From contig CAJTSZ010000001.1 of the NCBI GenBank assembly GCA_910578755.1, positions 2,340 through 66,339 on the forward strand: DNA of 64,000 bases. The letters are read 5' to 3'. Made by a program: the position numbers and the translations under genes. This DNA comes from an uncultured Oscillospiraceae bacterium. GTDB lineage: Bacteria > Bacillota > Clostridia > Oscillospirales > Ruminococcaceae. Under the pieces are notes generated by a model. That model did no database searches. It worked only from the letters and a program-made list of their open reading frames with translations, and had not been told where the DNA came from. Below are positions 1 to 9,186 of the stretch, one piece after another (the first letter of the stretch is position 1; each line of letters starts with the position of its first letter).

Positions 1-494
1 TGGGCTTTGGCCTTTGCCTGCTGTGCATTTTTAAGCAGCTTATGCCCCTGGCTGTGGCCTTGATGATTGGGGTATTCCTGCTGTTTGGCGATAAAAAACT
101 GCTGGCCAGCGTGGATTATTCCCTCCTGGGCACTTTTATTGCTTTCTTCATTTTTATTGGCAATGTGGGGCGGATAGATTTCTTCCAAAGCTTTTTGTCC
201 TCTGCCTTAACAGGCCATGTAGAGCTGGTGGCCGTTTTGGCCAGCCAGGTAATCAGCAATGTGCCGGCGGCCCTTCTGCTTTCGGGCTTTACTAACCAGT
301 GGCAGGCCCTGGCCATAGGCTGTAATTTAGGGGGGCTGGGCACCCTGATTGCCTCTATGGCCAGCCTAATTTCCTATAAAATGATTGCAGGGGAGCACCC
401 GCACCTTCGTCAAAAATATTTTTTCCAGTTCACCCTATGGAACCTGTGCTTTTTGGGGCTGCTCCTTTTGGCGCATTTCCTCCTTTTAAAATAG
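1..494 (+). CDS. Ion-transporter superfamily permease (ArsB/NhaD/citrate transporter-like), C-terminal part, 5' truncated by window
   Basis: Frame open from base 3; hydrophobic helices with VDYSLL, SQVISNVPAALL and NLGGLGTLIASMASLI motifs typical of IT-superfamily permeases. Confidence 0.7.
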   Translation, partial: GFGLCLLCIFKQLMPLAVALMIGVFLLFGDKKLLASVDYSLLGTFIAFFIFIGNVGRIDFFQSFLSSALTGHVELVAVLASQVISNVPAALLLSGFTNQWQALAIGCNLGGLGTLIASMASLISYKMIAGEHPHLRQKYFFQFTLWNLCFLGLLLLAHFLLLK

Positions 495-527
495 GTGGCT
501 GGGGGTTCCCCAAGGAAACCGAAGATA

Positions 528-561
528 CACCAAGGGCGCCGTTTATGCGGCGCCCTTGGTG
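528..561. terminator. GC-rich hairpin between convergent genes
   Basis: Perfect 14-bp stem CACCAAGGGCGCCG/CGGCGCCCTTGGTG; no clear U tract. Confidence 0.5.
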
Positions 562-599
562 CAGAAAATGTGGTATATCAAATAGTGGATGTCAAAAAA

Positions 600-1790
600 T
601 TAAAAATCAATTTCTTTGCCGTAGTAGCAGGCCAACAGCAGTTTTTCCATTTCTTCCTGGGTTGGAACCCTTGGGTTGGAACCGGTACAGGCGTCGCCAA
701 TGGCCAAGGCGGCAACATCGTGGAGTTTTTCATTAAATTCTTTTTCATCAATAATGCCGCCCTCATAGTCTTTAATGCAGGTTGGAATACCCAAAGCGGC
801 GTTCATTTCTTTTAACATAGTTACCAAGGAGGCAACCAATTCTTGGTCGTTGCTGCCGGCCAGCCCAAGGAAGCGGGCAATTTCGGCGTAACGTGCAGCG
901 GCGGCAGGTACCTTGGCGTTGTACTGAATTACTTTAGGCAGGTACATTGCGTTGGCACAACCATGGATAATGTGGCCGCCGGAGTAAGCAGCGCCGGTTT
1001 TGTGGGCCATAGAGTGAACAATACCCAGCAAAGCGTTGGAAAAAGCCATGCCCGCCAGGCACTGGGCATTGTGCATTTTGCCCCGGGCATCCTTATCCCC
1101 ATGGTAGGATTTTTCTAAGTACTCCCGAATCATTTTTATGGAATGAAGGGCCAGGGGGTCAGTGTAATCACAGTTGAGGGTAGAAACATAGGCTTCAATA
1201 GAATGGGTCATTGCGTCCATGCCGGTGTGAGCAGTCAGCTTGGCAGGCATGGTTTCTGCCAGGTCAGGGTCTACAATGGCAACGTCCGGGGTGATGTTGA
1301 AGTCAGCCAAAGGATATTTAATGCCCTTTTGGTAGTCGGTAATTACGCTGAAGGCGGTAACTTCGGTAGCTGTGCCGGAAGTGGAAGGGATGGCGCAGAA
1401 TTTGGCTTTTTGGCGCAGGGTAGGGAAGTTGAAAGGGGTAATCAGCTGTTCAAAAGTGGTTTCAGGGTATTCATAAAAGGCCCACATTGCCTTTGCGGCG
1501 TCAATGGGGGAACCGCCACCCATGGAGATAATCCAGTCCGGCTGGAATTTACGCATAGCCTCTGCGCCGCGCATAACGGTTTCCACGCTGGGGTCCGGCT
1601 CTACGTTTTCAAACAGTTCTACTTCCATGCCAGCCTCTTTCAGGTAAGCAACAGCCCGGTCAACAAAGCCAAAGCGCTTCATGGAACCGCCGCCCAAAAC
1701 AAGAATGGCTTTTGTACCTTTTAAGTTTTTCAGTTCCTCCAAGGAACCTGCGCCGTGGTATAAATCCCGGGGTAATGTAAAACGTGCCAT
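600..1790 (-). CDS. Iron-containing alcohol dehydrogenase (NADPH-dependent butanol dehydrogenase-like)
   Basis: GGGSPIDAAK, PSTSGTATE, DAMTHSIE and HSMAH/HG metal-binding motifs; start MARFTLP after GGAGG. Confidence 0.93.
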   Translation of the reverse strand: MARFTLPRDLYHGAGSLEELKNLKGTKAILVLGGGSMKRFGFVDRAVAYLKEAGMEVELFENVEPDPSVETVMRGAEAMRKFQPDWIISMGGGSPIDAAKAMWAFYEYPETTFEQLITPFNFPTLRQKAKFCAIPSTSGTATEVTAFSVITDYQKGIKYPLADFNITPDVAIVDPDLAETMPAKLTAHTGMDAMTHSIEAYVSTLNCDYTDPLALHSIKMIREYLEKSYHGDKDARGKMHNAQCLAGMAFSNALLGIVHSMAHKTGAAYSGGHIIHGCANAMYLPKVIQYNAKVPAAAARYAEIARFLGLAGSNDQELVASLVTMLKEMNAALGIPTCIKDYEGGIIDEKEFNEKLHDVAALAIGDACTGSNPRVPTQEEMEKLLLACYYGKEIDF

Positions 1791-2050
1791 AATAACAACC
1801 TCCATTTTTTAGGGCAAGGGCCCGAAAATAAATTGATATTTTTTAACAATAAAAAGAGGAAATAAACCACCGCTTAACAAAGGTAAACCCGCCTGTCCGT
1901 GCCCCTAAATAGGTGCAGGACTGTATTTTCGGCGTTTGCCCAACTAAGGATGTTTGACATACTGCCAAACTCTTGTTAAACGATGGCAGCCAGTTCCCAT
2001 AGGCTAGCCTGATGGCCTGGTACCGGTGCAGGCAGGGGTTTTAAAAAAGT

Positions 2051-2068
2051 TCGTTATTATTTTAACAT
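2051..2068. promoter_or_regulatory. Putative Rex (NADH-sensing repressor) site upstream of the ADH gene
   Basis: TCGTTAT-TATT-TTAACAT versus Firmicute Rex consensus TTGTTAA-N4-TTAACAA; weaker similar site at 1833-1849. Confidence 0.45.
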
Positions 2069-2163
2069 TCTTTGCCCAAGTATGCAAGAGGAAAAATAGC
2101 TAATATTTTCTGCTAAAAATAAATCCTTTGCACAACTGTTTTTAAAATTTTACTGTCCATGGT

Positions 2164-2522
2164 TCATATTTGTCCAAGTAGTTTCTCTAAAGTCTGCTGG
2201 TAGCACCCGGTAGCCCTGGGCCTGCCCCTCTGCGGTGTTGGGGGCAGTTCTATAGGGTTGTGAACTGCTAAGGCAAGAATAAGGTTGACCAGGTTGTCCA
2301 GGTCAATATCCTCCTGGCTGTGCCAGGAGGTACTGCCCAGGCCGGGGAGAAGGGGGAGGGCAAGGCAATCGTACTTTGCCCACTGCGCCGAGGGCTGAGG
2401 CAGGCTTGCCGCTATTTTCTCATAATCATAGGCTTTAGGGGAGTTGCTGCCCAAAAACAAAACAATACAGAGGGCAATGCCAGCCGTTGCCAGCAGCACA
2501 CAGGTTTTTTTGCTTTTTTTAT
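2164..2522 (-). pseudogene. Small membrane-anchored hypothetical protein, probably degraded (start codon appears to have lost its G)
   Basis: RBS AAGGAG, 8 nt, then AT-AAAAAAAGC; inserting G gives in-frame MKKSKKTCVLLATAGIAL signal-like start; ORF track uses GTG at 2499. Confidence 0.35.
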
Positions 2523-2632
2523 AAAAACATCTCCTTTAAAAAGCGGTAGGTACCCTATAAGAGGTTAGGGTGCAGCAACTTGGGAAACCCTTACAAAAAG
2601 GGTGAAGTGAAGGGCGCGGAGGGCTCCCCTGC

Positions 2633-2666
2633 AAAAAATGCCGCCTCCCTAAAACAGGGAGGCGGC
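2633..2666 (-). terminator. Rho-independent terminator of rny
   Basis: GCCGCCTCCCT/AGGGAGGCGGC stem followed by T tract on the - strand. Confidence 0.8.
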
Positions 2667-2673
2667 GAAGGGG

Positions 2674-4242
2674 TTATTTTGCATAGTCTGTGGTTCTGCT
2701 TTCGCGAATCATGTTTACTTTAATTTGGCCAGGGTATTCCAATTCAGATTCAATTTTATTGACAATTTCCCGGGCCAGAATGGTCATTTTATCGTCAGAA
2801 ATAATTTCTGGGCGCACCATAACGCGGATTTCACGGCCGGCCTGGATAGCAAAGCACTTTTCCACACCTTCAAAGGAATTTGCAATTTCCTCTAACTTCT
2901 CCAGCCGTTTAATGTAGTTTTCAATGTTTTCACGGCGGGCGCCAGGGCGGGCTGCGGAAATGGCGTCTGCCGCCTGTACAATAAAGGCCACCAGGGTTTT
3001 GGGCTCTACATCGCCGTGGTGGGCCTCAATGGCGTGGATAACGGCAGGGTTTTCTTTATACTTGCGGGCAACATCCACGCCAATTTTAACGTGGGAGCCT
3101 TCAATTTCGTGGGTAAGGGCCTTACCAATATCGTGGATTAAGCCGGCGCGGCGGGCTAGGGCTACATCTGCCCCCAATTCTGCCGCCATTACTCCGGCAA
3201 GGTTTGCCACCTCAATAGAATGTTGCAGCACGTTTTGGCCATAGCTGGAACGGTAACGCATCCGGCCCAGCAGTTTAATCAGTTCCGGGTGCATGGAATG
3301 TACGTTGGTTTCCAGCACGGCTCTTTCGCCGTCCTGTTTAATTTTGGCGTCAATTTCCCGCTGGGATTTTTCCACCATTTCCTCAATTCTGGCCGGGTGA
3401 ATACGCCCGTCCTGAATCAAACGTTCTAAAGCCGTTTTGGCAACCTCCCGTTTTACAGCGTCATGGCTGGAAAGGGTGATAGCCTCCGGTGTGTCGTCGA
3501 TAATCAAATCCACGCCGGTGAGGGTTTCCAGGGTGCGTATGTTGCGCCCTTCCCGGCCAATAATGCGGCCCTTCATTTCGTCGTTGGGCAGGGGGACAAC
3601 GGAAACGGTAACCTCGCCCACATAGTCGGAAGCACATTTTTGAATGGCGCAGGCAATAACCTCTTTAGCCTTTTGGTCCGCCTCGTCCTTGAGCTTTTGG
3701 TTGTATTCGTTAATTTTCAGGGCCTTTTCATGGATCAGCTCGTTTTCCAGGCTGGAAAGCAGGTATTCTTTGGCCTGCTCCGCAGTGTAGCCCGAAATTT
3801 TTTCCAGCATTTCGAACTGGCTGTTTTTAATAATCTCCGCTTCGTTTAGCTTTTTTTCCGCATCTTTAATTTTAGCCTGAAGGCTTTCTTCTTTTTTCTC
3901 CAGGTTTTCCAGCTTGCGGTCCACACTTTCTTCCTTTTGCTGAACCCGGCGCTCTAAACGCTGGACATCGTTTCTTCTGTCTTTAATTTCTTTTTCGGCT
4001 TCGGTTCTGTTTTTATGAATTTCATCCCGGGCTTCTACCAAGGCTTCTTTTTTACGGCTTTCTGCCTCTTTAATGGCGTCGCTTAAAATGCGCTTGGCCT
4101 CGTCCTCCGCAGAGCCCAGCTCGGCCTCCGCCACTTTTTTACGGTAATTTACGCCTAAAATGAAGGCGACCACTCCAACAATAATTGCTAAAACCAGCCC
4201 GCCGCCGATAATAATCAGTTCTTTTGGCATATGTTTTGTCAT
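2674..4242 (-). CDS. rny: Ribonuclease Y
   Basis: N-terminal TM helix, coiled coil, KH motif [15 protein letters not shown] domain ([19 protein letters not shown]); start may be 4230. Confidence 0.97.
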   Translation of the reverse strand: MTKHMPKELIIIGGGLVLAIIVGVVAFILGVNYRKKVAEAELGSAEDEAKRILSDAIKEAESRKKEALVEARDEIHKNRTEAEKEIKDRRNDVQRLERRVQQKEESVDRKLENLEKKEESLQAKIKDAEKKLNEAEIIKNSQFEMLEKISGYTAEQAKEYLLSSLENELIHEKALKINEYNQKLKDEADQKAKEVIACAIQKCASDYVGEVTVSVVPLPNDEMKGRIIGREGRNIRTLETLTGVDLIIDDTPEAITLSSHDAVKREVAKTALERLIQDGRIHPARIEEMVEKSQREIDAKIKQDGERAVLETNVHSMHPELIKLLGRMRYRSSYGQNVLQHSIEVANLAGVMAAELGADVALARRAGLIHDIGKALTHEIEGSHVKIGVDVARKYKENPAVIHAIEAHHGDVEPKTLVAFIVQAADAISAARPGARRENIENYIKRLEKLEEIANSFEGVEKCFAIQAGREIRVMVRPEIISDDKMTILAREIVNKIESELEYPGQIKVNMIRESRTTDYAK

Positions 4243-4699
4243 TTCTCCTTTCCTTGCGGCAAAAGCCACAGAATTCCCGTTATCTTGTTCAGCGCACCCA
4301 ACAGCCTCCCGGCGGGGAGTACGCATGTTCCGTGAGAAATGCTTTAATATGCCGCCACAAACAGCATTTACGTTCTTATTCTATCATTCTTACATTTATA
4401 ATACAGTTAATACAGTACATGGCCAGGCCATGGGTAAGGTTGTATGTTATATGTGAAAAAAATTAAAAATAAAAAGCTCCTGCCCTTGGGGGCACATTAA
4501 AACAGGGCGGGGTAATCGCCCAAAAGGGAACGGCCCTTAGCCTTTCCCTAATATTAGTACCAGTTTTCCTCTAACAGCCGCTGCCCTTTAAAAAGCAAAA
4601 ACAGGCCATATTTTATTTATCTTTGCCGAAACCGACAAGGATAGTTGGAGGTAAACTGTGCAGTCTCACAAAGCGTATACAAAACAGTATACTATATTT

Positions 4700-4728
4700 A
4701 TTTTAAATGCTGCGTGGGCTAATGTCAA
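4700..4728 (-). promoter_or_regulatory. Sigma-A promoter directed toward rny
   Basis: TTGACA-17 nt-TAAAAT on the - strand. Confidence 0.65.
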
Positions 4729-4792
4729 GAAATTTGTGGACTTTTTCCTCTCTTTGCCAGCCGGGCCCGCTGTCCCGGAAAAAGCAAGCGGA

Positions 4793-5024
4793 GGCGTAGG
4801 AAAGTTTTAAAATAGTAGAAATGAAACACGTTTTTTCCAACAGGGGTAATTCCCGAAGTTATCAGCCCAAAGGCTGATAACTTACAAGGGGCGTAGGAAA
4901 GTTTTAAAATAGTAGAAATGAAACACGTTTTTTCCAACAGGGGTAATTCCCGAAGTTATCAGCCCAAAGGCTGATAACTTACAAGGGGCGTAGGAAAGTT
5001 TTAAAATAGTAGAAATGAAACACG
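4793..5024. repeat. Perfect 97-bp tandem repeat, ~2.4 copies, each full unit with a 12-bp-stem hairpin
   Basis: GGCGTAGGAAAGTTTTAAAATAGTAGAAATGAAACACG starts at 4793, 4890 and 4987; identical 59-bp linkers contain AAGTTATCAGCC-CAAA-GGCTGATAACTT. Confidence 0.95.
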
Positions 5025-5038
5025 CCCCGTGGTATACT
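5010..5038 (+). promoter_or_regulatory. Possible extended -10 promoter of the nitroreductase gene
   Basis: TAGAAA-17 nt-TATACT with a TG extension. Confidence 0.4.
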
Positions 5039-5091
5039 GAAAAAAACAGGCCAATAAAGCCCGCTATGCTATAAGTAAAAGGAGAATTGCT

Positions 5092-5880
5092 ATGAACGAT
5101 GTTTTAAAAACCCTGCAAAACCGTGTTTCCTTACGGGGCTACGAGAAAAAGGAAATTACCCCCCAGGATTATAACGCCATTATAGAGAGCATGATGCGGG
5201 CGCCTACCGCCGGCAACCAAATGCTTTATTCGGTTATTGCCGTGCGGGAGCAAAAAACAAAGGAGATCCTCTCCCGCACCTGCGACCACCAAGCCTTTAT
5301 TTCCACCGCCCCCCTTATCCTGGTATTTTTGGCCGACCACCAGCGCTGGTTCGATTATTACCGCCAAAACGGTGTAGCTCAGTATTGCCAGGAAAAGGGC
5401 CTGCTTTTTGAGGCGCCCCAGGAATCCGATTTGCTCCTGGCTATTCAGGACACCATGATAGCCGCCCAAACTGCTGCCATTGCCGCCGAATCCTTGGGGA
5501 TTGGCTCCTGCTACATTGGCGATATTATGGAAAACTACGAGGAACACAAAAAGCTCTTTAACCTGCCGGAGTGGGCCTTCCCCATTGGAATGCTGTGCTT
5601 AGGCTATTACCGGGAAAACCAGCCCCGGGTGCTGAAAAAACGGTTTGACCAAGAGTTTATTGTGTTCGACGAGGCCTACCGCCACCTTACCCCGGAAGAA
5701 TACAGCAAAATGTTTGCAGAGCAGGAAAAAACCTTCGACCCTAAAAACCGCTTTGAGGCCGACAATTACGCCAAAGCCTTTTACGCCCGCAAAACCGGCG
5801 CGGAGTTCAGCAAGGAAATGGCCCGTTCCGTGCGGGTAGCTATGAAACAGTGGGACGGCCGCCTGCTGGATAAGGAATAG
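5092..5880 (+). CDS. Nitroreductase family protein (NfsA/NfrA/Frp-like)
   Basis: RVSLRGY, RAPTAGNQMLYS and AAESLGIGSCYIG motifs; AAGGAG RBS. Confidence 0.9.
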   Translation: MNDVLKTLQNRVSLRGYEKKEITPQDYNAIIESMMRAPTAGNQMLYSVIAVREQKTKEILSRTCDHQAFISTAPLILVFLADHQRWFDYYRQNGVAQYCQEKGLLFEAPQESDLLLAIQDTMIAAQTAAIAAESLGIGSCYIGDIMENYEEHKKLFNLPEWAFPIGMLCLGYYRENQPRVLKKRFDQEFIVFDEAYRHLTPEEYSKMFAEQEKTFDPKNRFEADNYAKAFYARKTGAEFSKEMARSVRVAMKQWDGRLLDKE

Positions 5881-6148
5881 CCTGTAGGTATCCAAACAAC
5901 TCAAGTTGAAGGGATTGTGTTGTGAAAAATTTTAAAAGCGGGGAACCCAGCTTTCAAAAAGTTGAAGATGGGATTTACAAAACAAAATGCCCCTATGGCG
6001 CGGGCAATGAGGATATTTTTGTTACTTCCCCCACCTTTGCAATGGAGCCGGAAAGTTACGGTGAGGAGGATGCATCGCCCCAAAACATGCCCCAGGCGCC
6101 CATTGAGGGGATTTTGGACGAGTTTGGCCTGTTTGTAACGGATTTTTA

Positions 6149-7138
6149 GTCCCTATTACCTTTCGTGTTGTTGGCTCAAAACTTAGGCAATTTAACGAAT
6201 CATAGGTTAAAGCTGAAAATAACCTGTAATATAATTGAAGCAATAAGCTGGAATTTGGATGGAACTTCCTTGATGATTTTGCGTCTATATAAATATCTAA
6301 GTTTTATGGAGGTTATTTGTCATGAAAAAACAACTGATTCTATTTTTGACACTGGGTTTTCTTTTGACGCTTGCCGCCTGCGGAACATCTGGCCCAAACT
6401 CTGATTCAGACAACCCAATTTCTATTGCTGATTCTGTGACAGATGTTGAGATTACGCATATAATCAGCGGCACTGAGTCGCTATGGACAGCAAATAGTGA
6501 TGAATTGGAATCTTTGAAGAACTGGGTTTTAGGGTTGAATTACAGGCCGGTTTCCTTTGAAGCAGGGAACTCCCCCGGCGACGAGATCGGCGGAGAAGCA
6601 TATAGTTTTAATATGACGGGCACAGACCATCCGAGCTTTTCTTACGTCGTTAACAGGCCGGACAGATGCTATCTTTTGATGGATGGAACGTGGTATTCGG
6701 TTTCCAATCCATCTGATCCGCCTGTAACAGAACCTCAATGGGAGGAACTGACCCTTGAAAAAGTCAAAGAACTGGCGAAAAAAGGGGACACCCTGTCTTG
6801 GAGCGATTTTGAACTATATCGTCATACAGACATCGGTTCGGGGCTATATATCTATTTCTACGAAATAGACGAAAATTATTGTCTTGTGATTGGTGGCGGA
6901 GATACACAAACTGCTCCTCTGTATGTGCGGTTGGTTTTAAAACCATATGATCATGAGTTTTTAGACGATAAACCATATATCGACATACGAACCGAAAATG
7001 TGGATGATTTTATAAATAGCCAAAATAATTAAGTTTCGATTTATCAGGCAGTTATCCGTTGTAAGCGATTGCCCGTATAGTAATTTTGACGAAAAACTAA
7101 GAAACCAGGCTTTCATCAACACGAAAGGTAAAAGGGAG
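6149..7138. mobile_element. Non-autonomous transposable cassette (MIC/tIS-like) with a passenger lipoprotein gene and no transposase
   Basis: TIRs TCCCTATTACCTTTCGTGTTG (6150-6170) and CAACACGAAAGGTAAAAGGGA (7117-7137), 20/21 match; flanking direct repeat GATTTTTA (6141-6148 and 7139-7146); appears more AT-rich than flanks. Confidence 0.88.
6322..7032 (+). CDS. Hypothetical lipoprotein (passenger of the mobile cassette)
   Basis: Signal peptide with lipobox LAAC; GGAGG RBS. Confidence 0.8.
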   Translation: MKKQLILFLTLGFLLTLAACGTSGPNSDSDNPISIADSVTDVEITHIISGTESLWTANSDELESLKNWVLGLNYRPVSFEAGNSPGDEIGGEAYSFNMTGTDHPSFSYVVNRPDRCYLLMDGTWYSVSNPSDPPVTEPQWEELTLEKVKELAKKGDTLSWSDFELYRHTDIGSGLYIYFYEIDENYCLVIGGGDTQTAPLYVRLVLKPYDHEFLDDKPYIDIRTENVDDFINSQNN

Positions 7139-7444
7139 GATTTTTACGATCAGCTGAACAAGGAGATCGGCGTTGCCTGCTACCAGGAGTTTGGCTCCTA
7201 TCATTTAAAGAATATCCAAAACCGAAGAACCCTAATTGGAAAACGGTTTTACGCCGTGCCTTGTGTGGAGGATGGGGAGGAATATTATAACATGCGCGTA
7301 AGCGAAATGGTGTAATTGCCCAACAAGGGCGGTTGCAGCAGCTGTATTTGCCTTGGGGGCATTAGGAATACAATAACCGCTTTGTGGTTATTGTAATATG
7401 GTGCTGTAATAACCTCCTTGTTTTTTTCCTTCTGCCGCAGCCAA

Positions 7445-7487
7445 AGGCGGGAGGGTTGGTTTTATCAACCCTCCCGCTTCTTTTTTT
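7445..7487 (+). terminator. Rho-independent terminator upstream of the Ala/Gly symporter
   Basis: GCGGGAGGGTTG/CAACCCTCCCGC stem followed by a T tract. Confidence 0.7.
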
Positions 7488-7548
7488 ACCCCAACTGCCA
7501 TATTCTGTTACAAGAAATATGCCTTTGGGGCAGGAAAAGAGGGAGAGT

Positions 7549-8916
7549 ATGGAGTGGATTTGCACCGTTTTGGAACAAGCCGGCAGCCTTTTTTGGGGGA
7601 GGGGCACCATTGCCCTGGTGCTTGCCGCCGGGGTCTACTTCACTTTTGGCACCGGCCTTTTTCCCCTGCGCCGGTGGCGGCTGGTACTGAGGCAAACGGC
7701 AGGCAGCTTGTTTGGAGCCAAAACAGGGGAGGTGTCCCCCTTTCAGGCCATGTCTGCCGCATTGGGCGGCACCATGGGGGTGGGGAATATCCTTGGCGTG
7801 GCTGCCGCCCTCCGTTTAGGCGGCCCCGGCGCCGTTTTTTGGATTTGGGTGGGCGCCCTGGCCGGCATGATGACTAAATTTGCCGAAGTTACTTTGGCGG
7901 TAAAGTACCAAAGCAAAACAAAACAGGGCCGTTTTGGCGGGCCTATGTACTATATGGAGCAGGGGCTGGGCCTGCCCCTTTTAGGGGCAATATTTGCCCT
8001 GGCCTGCACAGCCGGTGCCTTTGGCACAGGGGGAATGACACAAAGCAACGCCATGGCCCTTTCCCTGTGGGACAGCTTTCACATTCCATTGTGGCTTACA
8101 GGGCTAACCACCGCCCTGCTCACACTGGCTATTGCAAAGGGCGGTGCGAAAAGGATACTCCGCCTTTCCTCCCTGGTGGTGCCCTTTATGGCTGCCTGTT
8201 ACCTGGCAGGGGCAGGGGCGGTGCTGTTTTGCCACCGGCAAAACCTGCTGCCCAGTATTGCCCTTATTTTCCAGGATGCCTTTTCCCCTTTGGCCATGGG
8301 GGGCGGGGCAGTAGGATTTCTTTCCTCCCAGGGGGCGGCGGTGGGAATTTCTAAAGGTATTTTTACCCACGAGGCCGGCCTTGGCAGCGCCCCCATTGCT
8401 CACGCCTGTGCCCCGGCCCAATACCCGGCCCAGCAAGGGCTGTGGGGTATTTTTGAAGTTTTTTTGGATACTGTTGTTGTCTGCACTATTACGGCCCTAG
8501 TTATCCTTACCACTGGGGCCCACACCATGCCAGTGGCCGCCCACCAAATGACAGCCGCCGCCTTTTCCACGGTGTTTGGGGTGTGGGGGCCACGTTTTTT
8601 GGCCTGTTCCATTGTGTTTTTTGCTATTGCCGCAATTTTTTCCTGGTGTATGTACGGCCAGCAGGCCCTAAAGTACCTGCGCCCTGGCAAAAAAGGGCCT
8701 CAGAGGGCATTTACCGCCTTATTTTCCCTGGGGGTATTTTTAGGCTGCGTGTGGCCGGCGCGGGCTGCCTGGGCTGCTGCGGACTTGCTTAACGGCCTTA
8801 TGCTTCTGCCCAATATTTTCGCACTGTTCCTTCTTTCCCCACAGGTTTTCCGGGAAACCCGGCGGCTGGAGGCCGCCTTCCCCTCTGCTTCTAAAAAGAA
8901 TACCGCCAGGGAGTAG
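7549..8916 (+). CDS. Sodium:alanine/glycine symporter (AGCS/AlsT family)
   Basis: SPFQAM..ALGGTMGVGNI, GGPGAVFWIW, GGPMYY, EAGLGSAPIAHA and EVFLDTVVVCT motifs; ATG at 7549 after GAGGGAG. Confidence 0.92.
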   Translation: MEWICTVLEQAGSLFWGRGTIALVLAAGVYFTFGTGLFPLRRWRLVLRQTAGSLFGAKTGEVSPFQAMSAALGGTMGVGNILGVAAALRLGGPGAVFWIWVGALAGMMTKFAEVTLAVKYQSKTKQGRFGGPMYYMEQGLGLPLLGAIFALACTAGAFGTGGMTQSNAMALSLWDSFHIPLWLTGLTTALLTLAIAKGGAKRILRLSSLVVPFMAACYLAGAGAVLFCHRQNLLPSIALIFQDAFSPLAMGGGAVGFLSSQGAAVGISKGIFTHEAGLGSAPIAHACAPAQYPAQQGLWGIFEVFLDTVVVCTITALVILTTGAHTMPVAAHQMTAAAFSTVFGVWGPRFLACSIVFFAIAAIFSWCMYGQQALKYLRPGKKGPQRAFTALFSLGVFLGCVWPARAAWAAADLLNGLMLLPNIFALFLLSPQVFRETRRLEAAFPSASKKNTARE

Positions 8917-9186
8917 AAAAACTGCCTGCCTTGTGCTACAATACCCTCAGTATGTAATGGGGAAGCTGGAAATGTGATGTGGAAGTGCTTTTCCATGGGA
9001 AAAAGCACTTCCGCTGTAGGCAAGGGCTTCCCTGGGGGGGTAGGCAGGGCCTGCCTGCACCCTGCAAAACAGTTGGACAAGCTGCGGCCCAAAGGAGGGA
9101 AAGGGTCCATCTGTTTTAAAAATTATGAACACCTTTAAAGGTTTTTGAAGGCGGGGAAGCAGCCCCGGGAAAGGCGGAGAGGAAAG

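Larger units (their letters stand above)
5922..7315 (+). pseudogene. Hypothetical protein gene (~131 aa) interrupted by the 6149-7138 insertion
   Basis: 5' part ends ...EFGLFVTDF at the target duplication; after the second copy the frame continues DFYDQLNKEIGVACYQEFGS...MRVSEMV to TAA at 7313-7315. Confidence 0.85.

Noticed and set aside
4793..5024. CRISPR array (38-bp repeat containing GTTT...GAAAC)
   Set aside because: Both would-be spacers are identical and 59 bp long, and there are no cas genes; this is a tandem duplication
7316..7548. Glycine riboswitch or T-box before the Ala/Gly symporter
   Set aside because: A terminator is present but I could not find the aptamer or T-box consensus motifs
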